IMG/VR virus record: IMGVR_UViG_3300037067_006044
Location: 1 to 64,000 of that record
DNA: 64,000 bases
Strand: one strand, 5' to 3'
Origin: a virus
Taxonomy: Duplodnaviria > Caudoviricetes
Shown here piece after piece: positions 1 through 9,230 of the stretch. The notes under the pieces were generated by a model. That model searched no databases. It was not told the origin of the DNA and saw nothing but the letters and a program-made list of their open reading frames with translations. How positions within the stretch are numbered: position 1 is the stretch's first letter; each line of letters begins with the position of its first letter. The position numbers and the translations under genes were made by a program.

Positions 1-125
1 TCTGACATTTGGTTTATTTCTGTTATTTCTTTGAGTTTTGAATCTAAGATTTGAAACCATTTTTGGGTTTTTTCTTTCTTTAAAATTTTAGCACTTAAAA
101 TCGATGTGATTTGTTTTGTTGTCAT
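1..125 (-). CDS. N-terminal part of a hypothetical protein running off the window edge (MTTKQITSILSAKILKKEKTQKWFQILDSKLKEITEINQMS...)
   Basis: ATG at 125-123, frame open to position 1; promoter-like motif at 190-199; not in the supplied ORF track. Confidence 0.7.
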   Translation of the reverse strand, partial: MTTKQITSILSAKILKKEKTQKWFQILDSKLKEITEINQMS

Positions 126-189
126 TCTTGTTACTGTGTTAATTGTTTATAATTTATTTATAAGTTAATCTGATTCTATTAACTTTGTA

Positions 190-199
190 TATAAATATA
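190..199 (-). promoter_or_regulatory. TATATTTATA putative phage promoter for the edge gene
   Basis: Same 10-mer precedes the tail tube gene and other units; its upstream context aaaaacatataaaaa is repeated at the 384-393 copy. Confidence 0.5.
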
Positions 200-239
200 A
201 AACAATTAAAAAAACATATAAAAAGTACAGTTTTTGTGT

Positions 240-274
240 AAAAAAAAAGAGTCAATAAATATATTATTGACTCT
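240..274 (-). terminator. Intrinsic terminator of sRNA 1
   Basis: 11-bp stem agagtcaataa/ttattgactct followed on the minus strand by a U tract (A run 240-248). Confidence 0.75.
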
Positions 275-380
275 GAAGTATATGTGTATTGGGTTTCGGT
301 ATAAGTATTTAGTAACACAGTAAATTTTATTCCTTACCATCTTAGAGAATCAATCCAAGACTTTTCCACCCAACTTATTT
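240..380 (-). ncRNA. Putative two-loop antisense sRNA 1 targeting the leader of the edge gene
   Basis: Non-coding and GC-richer; promoter 384-393; hairpin 340-360 with loop UUGAUUC; hairpin 307-325 carrying an 11-nt match to 131-141; outer stem 289-294/368-373; terminator 248-274. Confidence 0.6.
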
Positions 381-383
381 TAT

Positions 384-393
384 TATAAATATA
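384..393 (-). promoter_or_regulatory. TATATTTATA putative promoter for sRNA 1
   Basis: Motif and upstream context duplicated from 190-225. Confidence 0.5.
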
Positions 394-471
394 GTTTATT
401 TTTAAAAACATATAAAAAATATAATAAATAATCGAAAGAAATACAATATACGAAAATGTACTATAAAATAA

Positions 472-501
472 AAACTCTATAATTTATTAGTTATAGAGTT
501 T
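472..501. terminator. Terminator hairpin, AAACTCTA-TAGAGTTT family
   Basis: 11-bp stem aaactctataa/ttatagagttt downstream of 540..908. Confidence 0.7.
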
Positions 502-539
502 CAGTTAAAGTTATTTAATTATTTTTATGTTTTATCAAT

Positions 540-908
540 CTAATTATTTTTTGTCATTGTCATTAATGATTTTAAAAGTTTCATATTACCAGCATCTTTT
601 AATACAAAACTTGTTATTTTTCCTTCTCCACCATGTTTATCTTCTCTTACTGATATACCTAAAGTCTTAAATGTTTCTTTAAAAAATTCAAGAGCATCAT
701 TAGTATTTATTTCTACAAATCTTCTTTCTGGAGTATATTTTGCTATTACATCATTATTACAAATTACATTGAATATATGCTGACCATTATGGTCTTTTAT
801 TAATTTAAAAGTTGCATTTTGTATGTTAGTTTTCCAATCTTCTAAAATATATTGTTTTAATTCTTTAACAATTAAATTATCTATTGTTTCTATTAATGTT
901 TGTTTCAT
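540..908 (-). CDS. Hypothetical protein, possibly virion-internal
   Basis: 122 aa; N-terminus IDNLIVKEL resembles those of 929..1321 and 50089..50769. Confidence 0.6.
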   Translation of the reverse strand: MKQTLIETIDNLIVKELKQYILEDWKTNIQNATFKLIKDHNGQHIFNVICNNDVIAKYTPERRFVEINTNDALEFFKETFKTLGISVREDKHGGEGKITSFVLKDAGNMKLLKSLMTMTKNN

Positions 909-928
909 AGTTTTAATTATTGATTATT

Positions 929-1321
929 TTAGTATGTAAATATACAATTTGGTAGATATTTTTCTTTCCATTCTTTGACATCCTTGCTGCCATATATTTG
1001 TGTATCTTTCAATCTAACTTCTTTTAATTTTTTACAATATTTTAAATTTTCAATTGATTTTAATCCGACTAATGGATTTTTACTTAAATCTAAAAAATAT
1101 AAATCTTTTAAATGTTTAATTTGTTCCGGTATCATATTTAATTCATTATTACTTAAATCCAAAGTTTGTAAATCTGAATTAAATGTTTTTGGTGGAATCG
1201 ACTTTAAATTTTTATTTGACAAATCTAATGATTTTTTAAAATTTACTTCATTTCCAAATAGTTTACTCATAAAGTCATCTACACTTTCTTTTATTATTTT
1301 ATCTAAATATTCTTTTTTCAT
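929..1321 (-). CDS. Leucine-rich-repeat protein
   Basis: Repeated LxxLDLSxNxL units (SLDLSNKNL, TLDLSNNEL, FLDLSKNPL, EVRLKDTQI). Confidence 0.85.
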   Translation of the reverse strand: MKKEYLDKIIKESVDDFMSKLFGNEVNFKKSLDLSNKNLKSIPPKTFNSDLQTLDLSNNELNMIPEQIKHLKDLYFLDLSKNPLVGLKSIENLKYCKKLKEVRLKDTQIYGSKDVKEWKEKYLPNCIFTY

Positions 1322-1451
1322 TTTTAATAAGTTTTAAATTTTTATACAAATATAAATATAAAATTTATAAATAAAAATATTCTTACTTTTTATTTTTTAA
1401 TAACTTTAAAATTAATTATATTTTTAAATAATAAAATAAAAACAATAAAAT

Positions 1452-2480
1452 ATGTCATTCTTTCAAAATTTAGATAAAACGGATAAAAGAACATTAAATA
1501 GCAAAGTATTAATTGTAGATGGCACAAATACAATAATCAGAAGTATGTCTGTTTCAAATCAAACAAATGATTTAGGAATACCAATAGGAGGGATAGTAGG
1601 ATTTTTAATGAGTGTTGGTTCAGCAATAAAGAATATAATGCCTACCAGGTGTATTATTGTATTTGATGGAAAAAATGGTTCATATAATAGAAGACAGATA
1701 TTTGAAGGATATAAAGCAAATAGAGATTTAAAGATTGGACCAAGAAATCCATCTCTTTATACAAGTAAAGAACAAGAGCAAGCATCATTATTATATCAAA
1801 TAGGAAGATTAAAAGATTATTTACAATATCTTCCAATGCAATTATTAATTATAGATGATATAGAAGCAGATGATACAATTTCATATTTAAATAATGTATA
1901 TTTTAAAGACAGTAAAGAAGTTTATATAATGAGTACTGATAGAGATTTTTATCAATTAATATCAGAAAAGACTAAAATATATAAACCAGGAAAGAATTAT
2001 GAAATATTTGATATAAATAAATTAAAAAGAGAATATGGATTAATACCTGAAAACTTTATTCATTTTAAATGTTTTGATGGAGATGATAGTGATAATGTAG
2101 GAGGAATAAAAGGAATAGGATTAAAAACACTTCAAAAACATATTCCAATTATATTTGAAGATAAAAGAATTGAATTAGAAGACATATTTAATTATTTAAA
2201 TGAAAATATAGAAACATTAAAAAAGTATAAACCGATACCACCAATCTTAGAACAAAGAGAATTATTAGAAAGAAATTATAAAATAATGCAATTATCAAAG
2301 ACATTAATAAATGAAAAACAAAAGAATGAAATAAACGAAATATTATCAAGACCAATACCAAAATCAAACAAATTTAAATTATTACAATTAAGTGGTGTTG
2401 ATGGAGTAAATACAATAATGACAAATATTGTTAAATGGATGGATGATGTATTTTATAATTTAGATTGTTATACTAACTAA
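1452..2480 (+). CDS. 5'-3' exonuclease / T4 RNase H-like flap endonuclease
   Basis: LIVDGTN, FDG, YKANR, EADD, STDRDFYQL, GDDSDN and GIKGIG (H3TH) motifs. Confidence 0.93.
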   Translation: MSFFQNLDKTDKRTLNSKVLIVDGTNTIIRSMSVSNQTNDLGIPIGGIVGFLMSVGSAIKNIMPTRCIIVFDGKNGSYNRRQIFEGYKANRDLKIGPRNPSLYTSKEQEQASLLYQIGRLKDYLQYLPMQLLIIDDIEADDTISYLNNVYFKDSKEVYIMSTDRDFYQLISEKTKIYKPGKNYEIFDINKLKREYGLIPENFIHFKCFDGDDSDNVGGIKGIGLKTLQKHIPIIFEDKRIELEDIFNYLNENIETLKKYKPIPPILEQRELLERNYKIMQLSKTLINEKQKNEINEILSRPIPKSNKFKLLQLSGVDGVNTIMTNIVKWMDDVFYNLDCYTN

Positions 2481-2482
2481 TT

Positions 2483-2722
2483 ATGAGTTTAAAACAAGAA
2501 GTAGAATATTGGATTGATATTAATAATATTGAATATATTAGTGTAGAAAATGCAACCCCTGGTTCTAAAAATGTTAAAATTCAAATATTAAATAAAACAA
2601 TAACATCAGAAGAATTTATAAACAAATATAAAATGATAGAAACAAAATCAATAAAAGGTTATTTTACTAAAGATAATTATTCTGATTTTGTGATTCATGT
2701 ATCAGTTAAAAGAATAAAATAA
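2483..2722 (+). CDS. Hypothetical protein
   Basis: Tightly packed in a + strand operon. Confidence 0.6.
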   Translation: MSLKQEVEYWIDINNIEYISVENATPGSKNVKIQILNKTITSEEFINKYKMIETKSIKGYFTKDNYSDFVIHVSVKRIK

Positions 2723-2723
2723 T

Positions 2724-3056
2724 ATGTTAATAGAAACGGAACTTTCTGTATTTACTCATAATAATATACTTTATCAAATATCAGATTATTATGAAAATTA
2801 TGATATTGATGATGTGGTTTTATTTATATCACAATTAAAAGAAGAAAGTAAAAATAAAGATATTGCAATAATAATTTATAATTATCCATATTTAGATTGG
2901 TCGGAATCAAATGTGTTTAATAATGATTATGTCAATGATAGATATTATATTAAAGAAGATTTGTATAATACAAAATATAAATTAAACATAAAATATATTA
3001 AAAATAGAAAGCATCTTGATGATAATTTTGTTATTCGATATAAATATTTAGATTAA
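2724..3056 (+). CDS. Hypothetical protein
   Basis: Operon packing. Confidence 0.6.
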   Translation: MLIETELSVFTHNNILYQISDYYENYDIDDVVLFISQLKEESKNKDIAIIIYNYPYLDWSESNVFNNDYVNDRYYIKEDLYNTKYKLNIKYIKNRKHLDDNFVIRYKYLD

Positions 3057-3061
3057 AAATT

Positions 3062-3355
3062 ATGATAGAAGAAATAATAAGAAAAAGTTATAAAAAATTA
3101 GAGGATGAGAAATCTAAATATGATTGGGATTATGTGATTCATGTTTATTGTAATTTTGATAATATTCATCTTATTCTTAATAATCAAATATCAGAAATAG
3201 AATATTATAAAATAAGTATTTTTGACAGATGTATTTATAATGGTGAAAAATATTATGTCAAATTTAAGTATGGTTCATTTAATTTTATAATTTATCATAT
3301 TCATAATTCAGAAGATATAAAAATTAAATTTTCTAACCATGAAATTTATTTATAA
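3062..3355 (+). CDS. Hypothetical protein
   Basis: Operon packing. Confidence 0.6.
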   Translation: MIEEIIRKSYKKLEDEKSKYDWDYVIHVYCNFDNIHLILNNQISEIEYYKISIFDRCIYNGEKYYVKFKYGSFNFIIYHIHNSEDIKIKFSNHEIYL

Positions 3356-3387
3356 AAACAAAAGTAAAAACTAAAAATAACAAATAT

Positions 3388-3819
3388 ATGAATAAATTAG
3401 ACGAAATATTAAATAATTCGTCATTCGATATAAATGACACAGCATATTTTATATATAATAATCAAATATCAAATGGAGAAATTCATTATATAAATTATAA
3501 TCAATTATTATGTGATATAAAATTTAAAGCTGATGGAATAGAACAATATCTCACAATTCCATTTAATAAATTATATAAAAATAAAGAAGATTTAATAAAT
3601 AAAAACAATACAACATTAATTGGAAAATCCGGAATACAAATAATTCCTAATAATATTAATAAGAATGATATTGAAATTGATATTATTATAAAATATAAAG
3701 ATGAATCTATATCAACAAATTTAAGTTCATCAAAATATACAGAATTGACAAATCTTAATATTGATATTTTTAAAGAAACTATATATGAATCATTAAAACA
3801 AATATCTAACAAAATATAA
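3388..3819 (+). CDS. Hypothetical protein
   Basis: Operon packing. Confidence 0.65.
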   Translation: MNKLDEILNNSSFDINDTAYFIYNNQISNGEIHYINYNQLLCDIKFKADGIEQYLTIPFNKLYKNKEDLINKNNTTLIGKSGIQIIPNNINKNDIEIDIIIKYKDESISTNLSSSKYTELTNLNIDIFKETIYESLKQISNKI

Positions 3820-3821
3820 TA

Positions 3822-4259
3822 ATGGAAAAATATTACACTCCTAAATTAGAAGAATTTTGTATTGGATTTGAATATGAGTTTTTAGACATGTTGGAATATT
3901 CTAAAACAAAAGATAAATGGGTTAAAAATATTGTATCTGTAAATGACTTAGCAACAATGATGAGAAGGGGATTTCATAAAGTTGGAATTTCTCAACTATT
4001 AAAAAATAATAGAATTAGAGTTAAATGTTTAGATAAAGAAGACATCGAAAGTTTTGGATTTAAAGTTTTTCATGAACCAGATTATCAAATACATTATATG
4101 AAAGATAATATATCTGTTCATCATTATAAAGACAATAAAATGATAATTGAATATGATGGAGAAACATTAAAGGAATATAAATGTTATTTTGAAGGTTATA
4201 TAAAAAACAAATCTGAATTTAAAAAACTAATAGAACAAATATTTAATTATGGAAAATAA
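3822..4259 (+). CDS. Hypothetical phage protein
   Basis: YYTPKLEEFCIGFEYE...RVKCLDKEDIESFGF...IKNKSEFKKL pattern recalled from Bacteroidota phage proteins. Confidence 0.7.
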   Translation: MEKYYTPKLEEFCIGFEYEFLDMLEYSKTKDKWVKNIVSVNDLATMMRRGFHKVGISQLLKNNRIRVKCLDKEDIESFGFKVFHEPDYQIHYMKDNISVHHYKDNKMIIEYDGETLKEYKCYFEGYIKNKSEFKKLIEQIFNYGK

Positions 4260-4476
4260 CAATGATTTTTATCTACCTTTGTCTTGGGATACTACAAATG
4301 AAGAATTATCTAATAGAAATAGATTTATAAATAACTATTCTACACCAATTATAGTAAAAGAAGAAACACCAATATTTATTCCAGAAGTTAAGTCAGAACC
4401 TTTTACTAAAAAACAATGGAAGAAATTAACACAAGAAATGAAAAAGATATTTTTATCACTTAAAAAATTATTATGA
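4249..4476 (+). CDS. Hypothetical protein with basic amphipathic C-terminus
   Basis: Overlaps previous stop; ends KKQWKKLTQEMKKIFLSLKKLL. Confidence 0.6.
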   Translation: MENNNDFYLPLSWDTTNEELSNRNRFINNYSTPIIVKEETPIFIPEVKSEPFTKKQWKKLTQEMKKIFLSLKKLL

Positions 4477-4487
4477 GTTAATAAAAT

Positions 4488-4877
4488 ATGAAAATAAAAA
4501 ATATAGAATTAATATTAGAAAATTGTGATTCGTTTAAATTAGAACCAAAGCATTTTAAAGGATTAATATTAAATAATATTACAGATAAATTATATGTTAA
4601 TTGTTATCAATATACAGATGGAGAGATTAATAGATTTAAAGATTGTAAACACTTTTCTATTGAATTAAATGAATCAAGTTTTGAATTAGAAAGTGATATG
4701 GTTAATGAAAAATTAATTAAAAGATTATTAACTCCTGATATTGTTTATGTTGAATTAATTTATGATGATGACTCAAAAGAAAATATTTATGTTCCATTTG
4801 AAGGAGAATACAATAATAAACTACAAACAACAAAATTTATAAATAATAAAATAATAATAGAAATAAGTTATGAATAA
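4488..4877 (+). CDS. Hypothetical phage protein
   Basis: IELILENCD motif; operon packing. Confidence 0.7.
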   Translation: MKIKNIELILENCDSFKLEPKHFKGLILNNITDKLYVNCYQYTDGEINRFKDCKHFSIELNESSFELESDMVNEKLIKRLLTPDIVYVELIYDDDSKENIYVPFEGEYNNKLQTTKFINNKIIIEISYE

Positions 4878-5079
4878 AATAATAGGAAAAACATTTTTAG
4901 AATCACACAATATTTTAGCTAAAGAATTAAATTTAGATGAAGAACATGTTATTGTTGATAAAAAAGATTATAATAAATTAATAGAATATCTTAATAATAA
5001 AAACATTTCAGTTGATGATATATCTAAAATTAAATCAGATTTTAAAAAACATAATACAGATTTTTATGTTGGATGCTAA
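4870..5079 (+). CDS. Hypothetical protein
   Basis: Overlapping start/stop. Confidence 0.55.
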   Translation: MNKIIGKTFLESHNILAKELNLDEEHVIVDKKDYNKLIEYLNNKNISVDDISKIKSDFKKHNTDFYVGC

Positions 5080-5160
5080 AATAATTTAATCATTTTAATT
5101 ATAATTTTCACTTCAATTTTTATATATTTTTAAAGAACACTTTTTAAACATCTACTTATT

Positions 5161-6573
5161 ATGAGTCAAATCAATAAATTAAGTGATTATGGATATAATT
5201 ATCAAATCAAAACCATAACATCACTTCTAACAGATGAATTCTATCTCAATCAAATAAATGATATAATAAAACCAGAATATTTTGATAATAATGGATTAGA
5301 GCACATTGTTAAAAAGATATTAGAATATTATCAGTTGTATAAAAAGAAACCAACTGCCGATTCTATGAAAGTATTCTTAGAACAGATTACTAATAATGAT
5401 TTATTAAAAACAAATGTTAGAAAAGGATTAAAAGATGTTTATGATGATAGTAATTTAGGTTCTAATGATTTAACTTTTATAAAGAATGAAACTCTTAAAT
5501 TCTGTAAGAATCAAGTAGTAAAGCAGGCATTATTAGATAGTGTGGATTTATTAGAACTCGGAAATTATGACGAAATTAATTCTGTAATGACAAGAGCATT
5601 TCAAGCAGGAATTGATAAAGATGTTGGTCATCAATATAAAAATCATTTTGAAGAAAGATATGCAGAAAATCCAAGATTTCCAATCTCGACTCCATGGTCA
5701 GTTATTAATAAAATTATGGATGGTGGATTAGGAAGAGGAGAATTAGGAATAATTGTAGGAGGACCAGGAGGAGGTAAATCTCGGTCACTTATTAATATTG
5801 CTGGTAATGCAATGAAACAAGGTAAGAATGTTATTTATTATACATTAGAATTATATTCTGGATATGTTGCTAAAGTATTTGATACTTATTTTACAGGAAT
5901 TTATCCAAATAAATTAATAGAATTAAAGAATGAAATACAGTTAAAGATAAATACAATACCAGGAAATCTTATTATTAAATTTTATCCAACTGGAAATGCT
6001 TCAATTAATACTCTTGCTGCTCACTATGAAAAAGTAAAGAGTTTTCATTTTAATCCTGATTTAATTTGTATTGATTATTTAGATTTATTAAAATCGAATG
6101 AAGGTGGATATAATAAAAATAAAAGGGATGATCAAGTATTAGGGGATATTTATAAACAGGCCAGAGGATTTGCAGGGGAATATGATATACCAGTATGGTC
6201 GGTTTCTCAAAGCAACAGGGAGTCTCAGGATTCTGAATTTATTCAAGGTGGTAAAATATCAGGTTCATTTGAAAAATTAATGATTGCAGATTTTGTGGCG
6301 TCTCAACAAAGAACAGTAAAAGACAAAGTAAACAATGTTGCTAAATGGCATATTATTAAAAATAGATTTGGACCAGATGGACAAACATATCCAGCAAAAA
6401 CTGATTTAGGATTATGTAGAATAAATATATATGAAGAAAATAGTGAAGAAGGACAAGAAATAGAAACAAAAAGAAATTCAGAAGAAAATACAAATCAACA
6501 AGGAAATAAAAAAGATAGTAAAGAATTTAAAACGTTTATGAATACTAATAATAAAGTTAAATCTAAATTTTAA
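5161..6573 (+). CDS. dnaB: Replicative SF4 helicase, DnaB/T4 gp41-like
   Basis: Walker A GGPGGGKS, YYTLE, Walker B ICIDYLDLL, VSQSNR, KNRFG. Confidence 0.93.
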   Translation: MSQINKLSDYGYNYQIKTITSLLTDEFYLNQINDIIKPEYFDNNGLEHIVKKILEYYQLYKKKPTADSMKVFLEQITNNDLLKTNVRKGLKDVYDDSNLGSNDLTFIKNETLKFCKNQVVKQALLDSVDLLELGNYDEINSVMTRAFQAGIDKDVGHQYKNHFEERYAENPRFPISTPWSVINKIMDGGLGRGELGIIVGGPGGGKSRSLINIAGNAMKQGKNVIYYTLELYSGYVAKVFDTYFTGIYPNKLIELKNEIQLKINTIPGNLIIKFYPTGNASINTLAAHYEKVKSFHFNPDLICIDYLDLLKSNEGGYNKNKRDDQVLGDIYKQARGFAGEYDIPVWSVSQSNRESQDSEFIQGGKISGSFEKLMIADFVASQQRTVKDKVNNVAKWHIIKNRFGPDGQTYPAKTDLGLCRINIYEENSEEGQEIETKRNSEENTNQQGNKKDSKEFKTFMNTNNKVKSKF

Positions 6574-6783
6574 ATAATTATGAAATATATAGTATTGATT
6601 CAAAACAAAATGATTTTCCAAGACTATTTGATTCATTAAAAGAAGCAGAAGATTTTATGTCTTATAAACATAGAGCAGAAATATTAACTGAGACAGAGCA
6701 AATGTTTATTAATAATTATTTATTTGAGTTATATACAATTAAACAAATAATTATAAAAAATTAAAAATAAATCTAATAAAATA

Positions 6784-6815
6784 TTTGTTTATTAATTTTA
6801 TTGTTATTATATTTG
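6784..6815 (+). promoter_or_regulatory. Bacteroidota sigma-A type promoter (TTTG-N20-TATATTTG)
   Basis: Matches the Bacteroidota -33/-7 consensus; 35 bp identical to copies at 31283-31317 and 53249-53283. Confidence 0.8.
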
Positions 6816-6840
6816 TACAAATAATTAAAAACACAACTAA

Positions 6841-8118
6841 ATGAAATTCTTCATTCCAACTTATACTCAATGTCGATTTATAACAGATAGAAATCCGAAT
6901 AAACCAGATTTTTTATGTTCTACTCATTATGTTCAAGGATATAGAATTGATGTATTTTGTTATAAATTAGCTTGGTATGAAGAATTTTATAATATATCAG
7001 AAGATATTCCTAATGCTAAAGAATTAAGAGGATTAGCATTTGTTTTTAATGAAAATATAAAAGAAGGAATAGAATATTCAATTGAAGAATTATCAAACAA
7101 TATATTTAATAGATATATAATGTTAGAGAAATTCTTTAATATAAATCAGCATGAAGAAACTCAACTTCATATATTAAAAGATAAAAAGATTAAATCGATT
7201 AATGATAAGATAGATGGTTCTCTTATTACTTTTATTAAACTTCCAAATGGAAATATTGTAGCAAAGACAAAGAATGATTTCACTTGTACTCAAGTGATTG
7301 GTTCATATAAAATTTATTCTGAAAATAAGCATATAAATAAATTGGTTAATTATTGTATTGAAAATAATATTGTTTCTCTTTTTGAATATACTTCCTGGGA
7401 CAATAAATCTGTACTTCAATATAAAGAACCAAATCTCACATTATTACGATTAAGAAATAATAAGACTGGCGATTATTTAGATTATGATTTTATTCCAAAA
7501 GAATTAATGTATCAAATTAGAATTTCTAAGTTTGAGCCAATAGTAGAATTATCGACTCTTCTCGAATCATATAAAACTTTAGAAAATAAAGAAGGATCTG
7601 TAGTTACATTTGAAGATGATTATAAAGTAAAGATTAAAACTCAATGGTATTTTGTCAATCACAAATTAATAACTGAATTAATATATGTTGAAAATTCATT
7701 AATAGAATTAATATTAAATGAAAAGATTGACGATGTTATTTCTAATTTAAGAATTAATTATCAGTTTGATGAAACAGAAGAAGATTTAAATACTCAAAAG
7801 AAAACTCACGATGCTATAGAATTTATAGAAGAAGTAAGAAATAAAGTAAACAAATATATTTTACAAAAAACATTGTATATCAAATCAAAAGTATTGGAAT
7901 TTGTGGGTGATGTAAATAATAAAAATGATATTAAAGAATTTTATCTTTCTAATAAAAATACAGAACATTTAGATTTAATTATGTTAGTCTTAAATAAATG
8001 TAATAATGATTATAAAAATATGAATGAAGTTATTTATGACATATTAAAACAATTCATATTAAAACAAACTTTCAAATTAATGAATGCAAAATCATTTTTA
8101 AATAAAATAGAATTATGA
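6841..8118 (+). CDS. RNA ligase, T4 Rnl1 family
   Basis: ELRG, KFFNINQ, motif I KIDGSLI, FEYTS, EGSVV, KIKT. Confidence 0.88.
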   Translation: MKFFIPTYTQCRFITDRNPNKPDFLCSTHYVQGYRIDVFCYKLAWYEEFYNISEDIPNAKELRGLAFVFNENIKEGIEYSIEELSNNIFNRYIMLEKFFNINQHEETQLHILKDKKIKSINDKIDGSLITFIKLPNGNIVAKTKNDFTCTQVIGSYKIYSENKHINKLVNYCIENNIVSLFEYTSWDNKSVLQYKEPNLTLLRLRNNKTGDYLDYDFIPKELMYQIRISKFEPIVELSTLLESYKTLENKEGSVVTFEDDYKVKIKTQWYFVNHKLITELIYVENSLIELILNEKIDDVISNLRINYQFDETEEDLNTQKKTHDAIEFIEEVRNKVNKYILQKTLYIKSKVLEFVGDVNNKNDIKEFYLSNKNTEHLDLIMLVLNKCNNDYKNMNEVIYDILKQFILKQTFKLMNAKSFLNKIEL

Positions 8119-8438
8119 GAATTAAAAAGATACAAAAATTACAATTGAAATTAGATTCACTATTAAATCAATTAGATTCGGATACATATGCTTTAGAAGT
8201 ATTATCAAATATACATTCAATATTTATATTTCTACAACAACACGGAATTACAACGTATTATGCCCATTTTGATTTAATTAAATGGGGAAATGACATTACA
8301 TATACATTAAATAATTTTAATTATTTGTATGATTATTTTAAATCTGAAAATGATATAAAATCTATAAAAGATATAGAATTATTTCTAAAAAATACTAAAA
8401 TACCAATAAATCCAGATGCAGATTCGCCAATATATTAA
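8115..8438 (+). CDS. Hypothetical protein
   Basis: ATGA overlap with the ligase stop. Confidence 0.6.
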   Translation: MRIKKIQKLQLKLDSLLNQLDSDTYALEVLSNIHSIFIFLQQHGITTYYAHFDLIKWGNDITYTLNNFNYLYDYFKSENDIKSIKDIELFLKNTKIPINPDADSPIY

Positions 8439-8446
8439 ATATAAGT

Positions 8447-8911
8447 ATGAAAACAATTTATCATTCACAATTTTTAAAACAAGAATATCCATTATTAATA
8501 ACTTTTGTTGGTAAAGAACAATTCGTAGTTTATTTAGATGAAAATGGGTATTATTATATAGATTTTGATTATAATAAACAATATATTTCTTTCTCAGACG
8601 TTTCTATTTTCATCGGTAAATTAGATAAAAATAAAAATCCGATTTATACAGGACATGAAATTAAATATGAAACTTTACATGAAATTTGGAATAAAGAAAA
8701 AGGATATTGTGATAAATATGAACATGATACTGGATATATTATTCTGAATGATAATGGATTTGTATTAATTAAGAAAGAGAATTTAATTAATCCTAAACAT
8801 TCATATTTAGATTTAATCGAACAATATGATGATGGTAATAATGAATGGTATAATATCGAAAATTTAGAAGACTTTAATTTTGAAATAATTTCACATATAA
8901 ATCAAGAATAA
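8447..8911 (+). CDS. YopX-like protein
   Basis: FIGKLDKNKNPIYTGHEI and terminal EIISHINQE resemble the YopX TGLKDKNGKEIYEGDI...EVIGNIHE pattern. Confidence 0.65.
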   Translation: MKTIYHSQFLKQEYPLLITFVGKEQFVVYLDENGYYYIDFDYNKQYISFSDVSIFIGKLDKNKNPIYTGHEIKYETLHEIWNKEKGYCDKYEHDTGYIILNDNGFVLIKKENLINPKHSYLDLIEQYDDGNNEWYNIENLEDFNFEIISHINQE

Positions 8912-9230
8912 AATGAAAACTAAAAAGAAAGAAGAAGTTATCTTTGTCGAACAAGATGGGGAAATAATTCCTATTGACGACTCTAATGAATATCAAAATA
9001 AATGGAATGAAAAAGGAATTATTTTTAGAAAATTAAAAAGAAACAATAAATCAAATAAAGTCAAAAAGTATGGAAACAATTAGTTTACTTAAAATTAAAT
9101 TTAAAGATTTATTTATTGGAATGAAAGTGCAAGATAATAATGGGAGAATAGTAAAAGAATGTAAAAAAATTAATAGATTTGTTTAATTAAAATAAAAATT
9201 ATAATATTTATAAACTTAAAATTTAAAAAC

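Noticed and set aside
297-308. 12-mer cggtataagtat in sRNA 1 is identical to 39527-39538 near the tnpB junction
   Set aside because: Same-sense match, not antisense; a single 12-mer is plausible by chance in a 64-kb AT-rich window
975-1337. Antisense ORFs in the supplied track (e.g. 975..1337, 3501..3812, 15902..16252, 32875..33165, 45410..45694, 57096..57413)
   Set aside because: They lie opposite well-supported genes and have the F/L/I/S-rich composition of shadow frames
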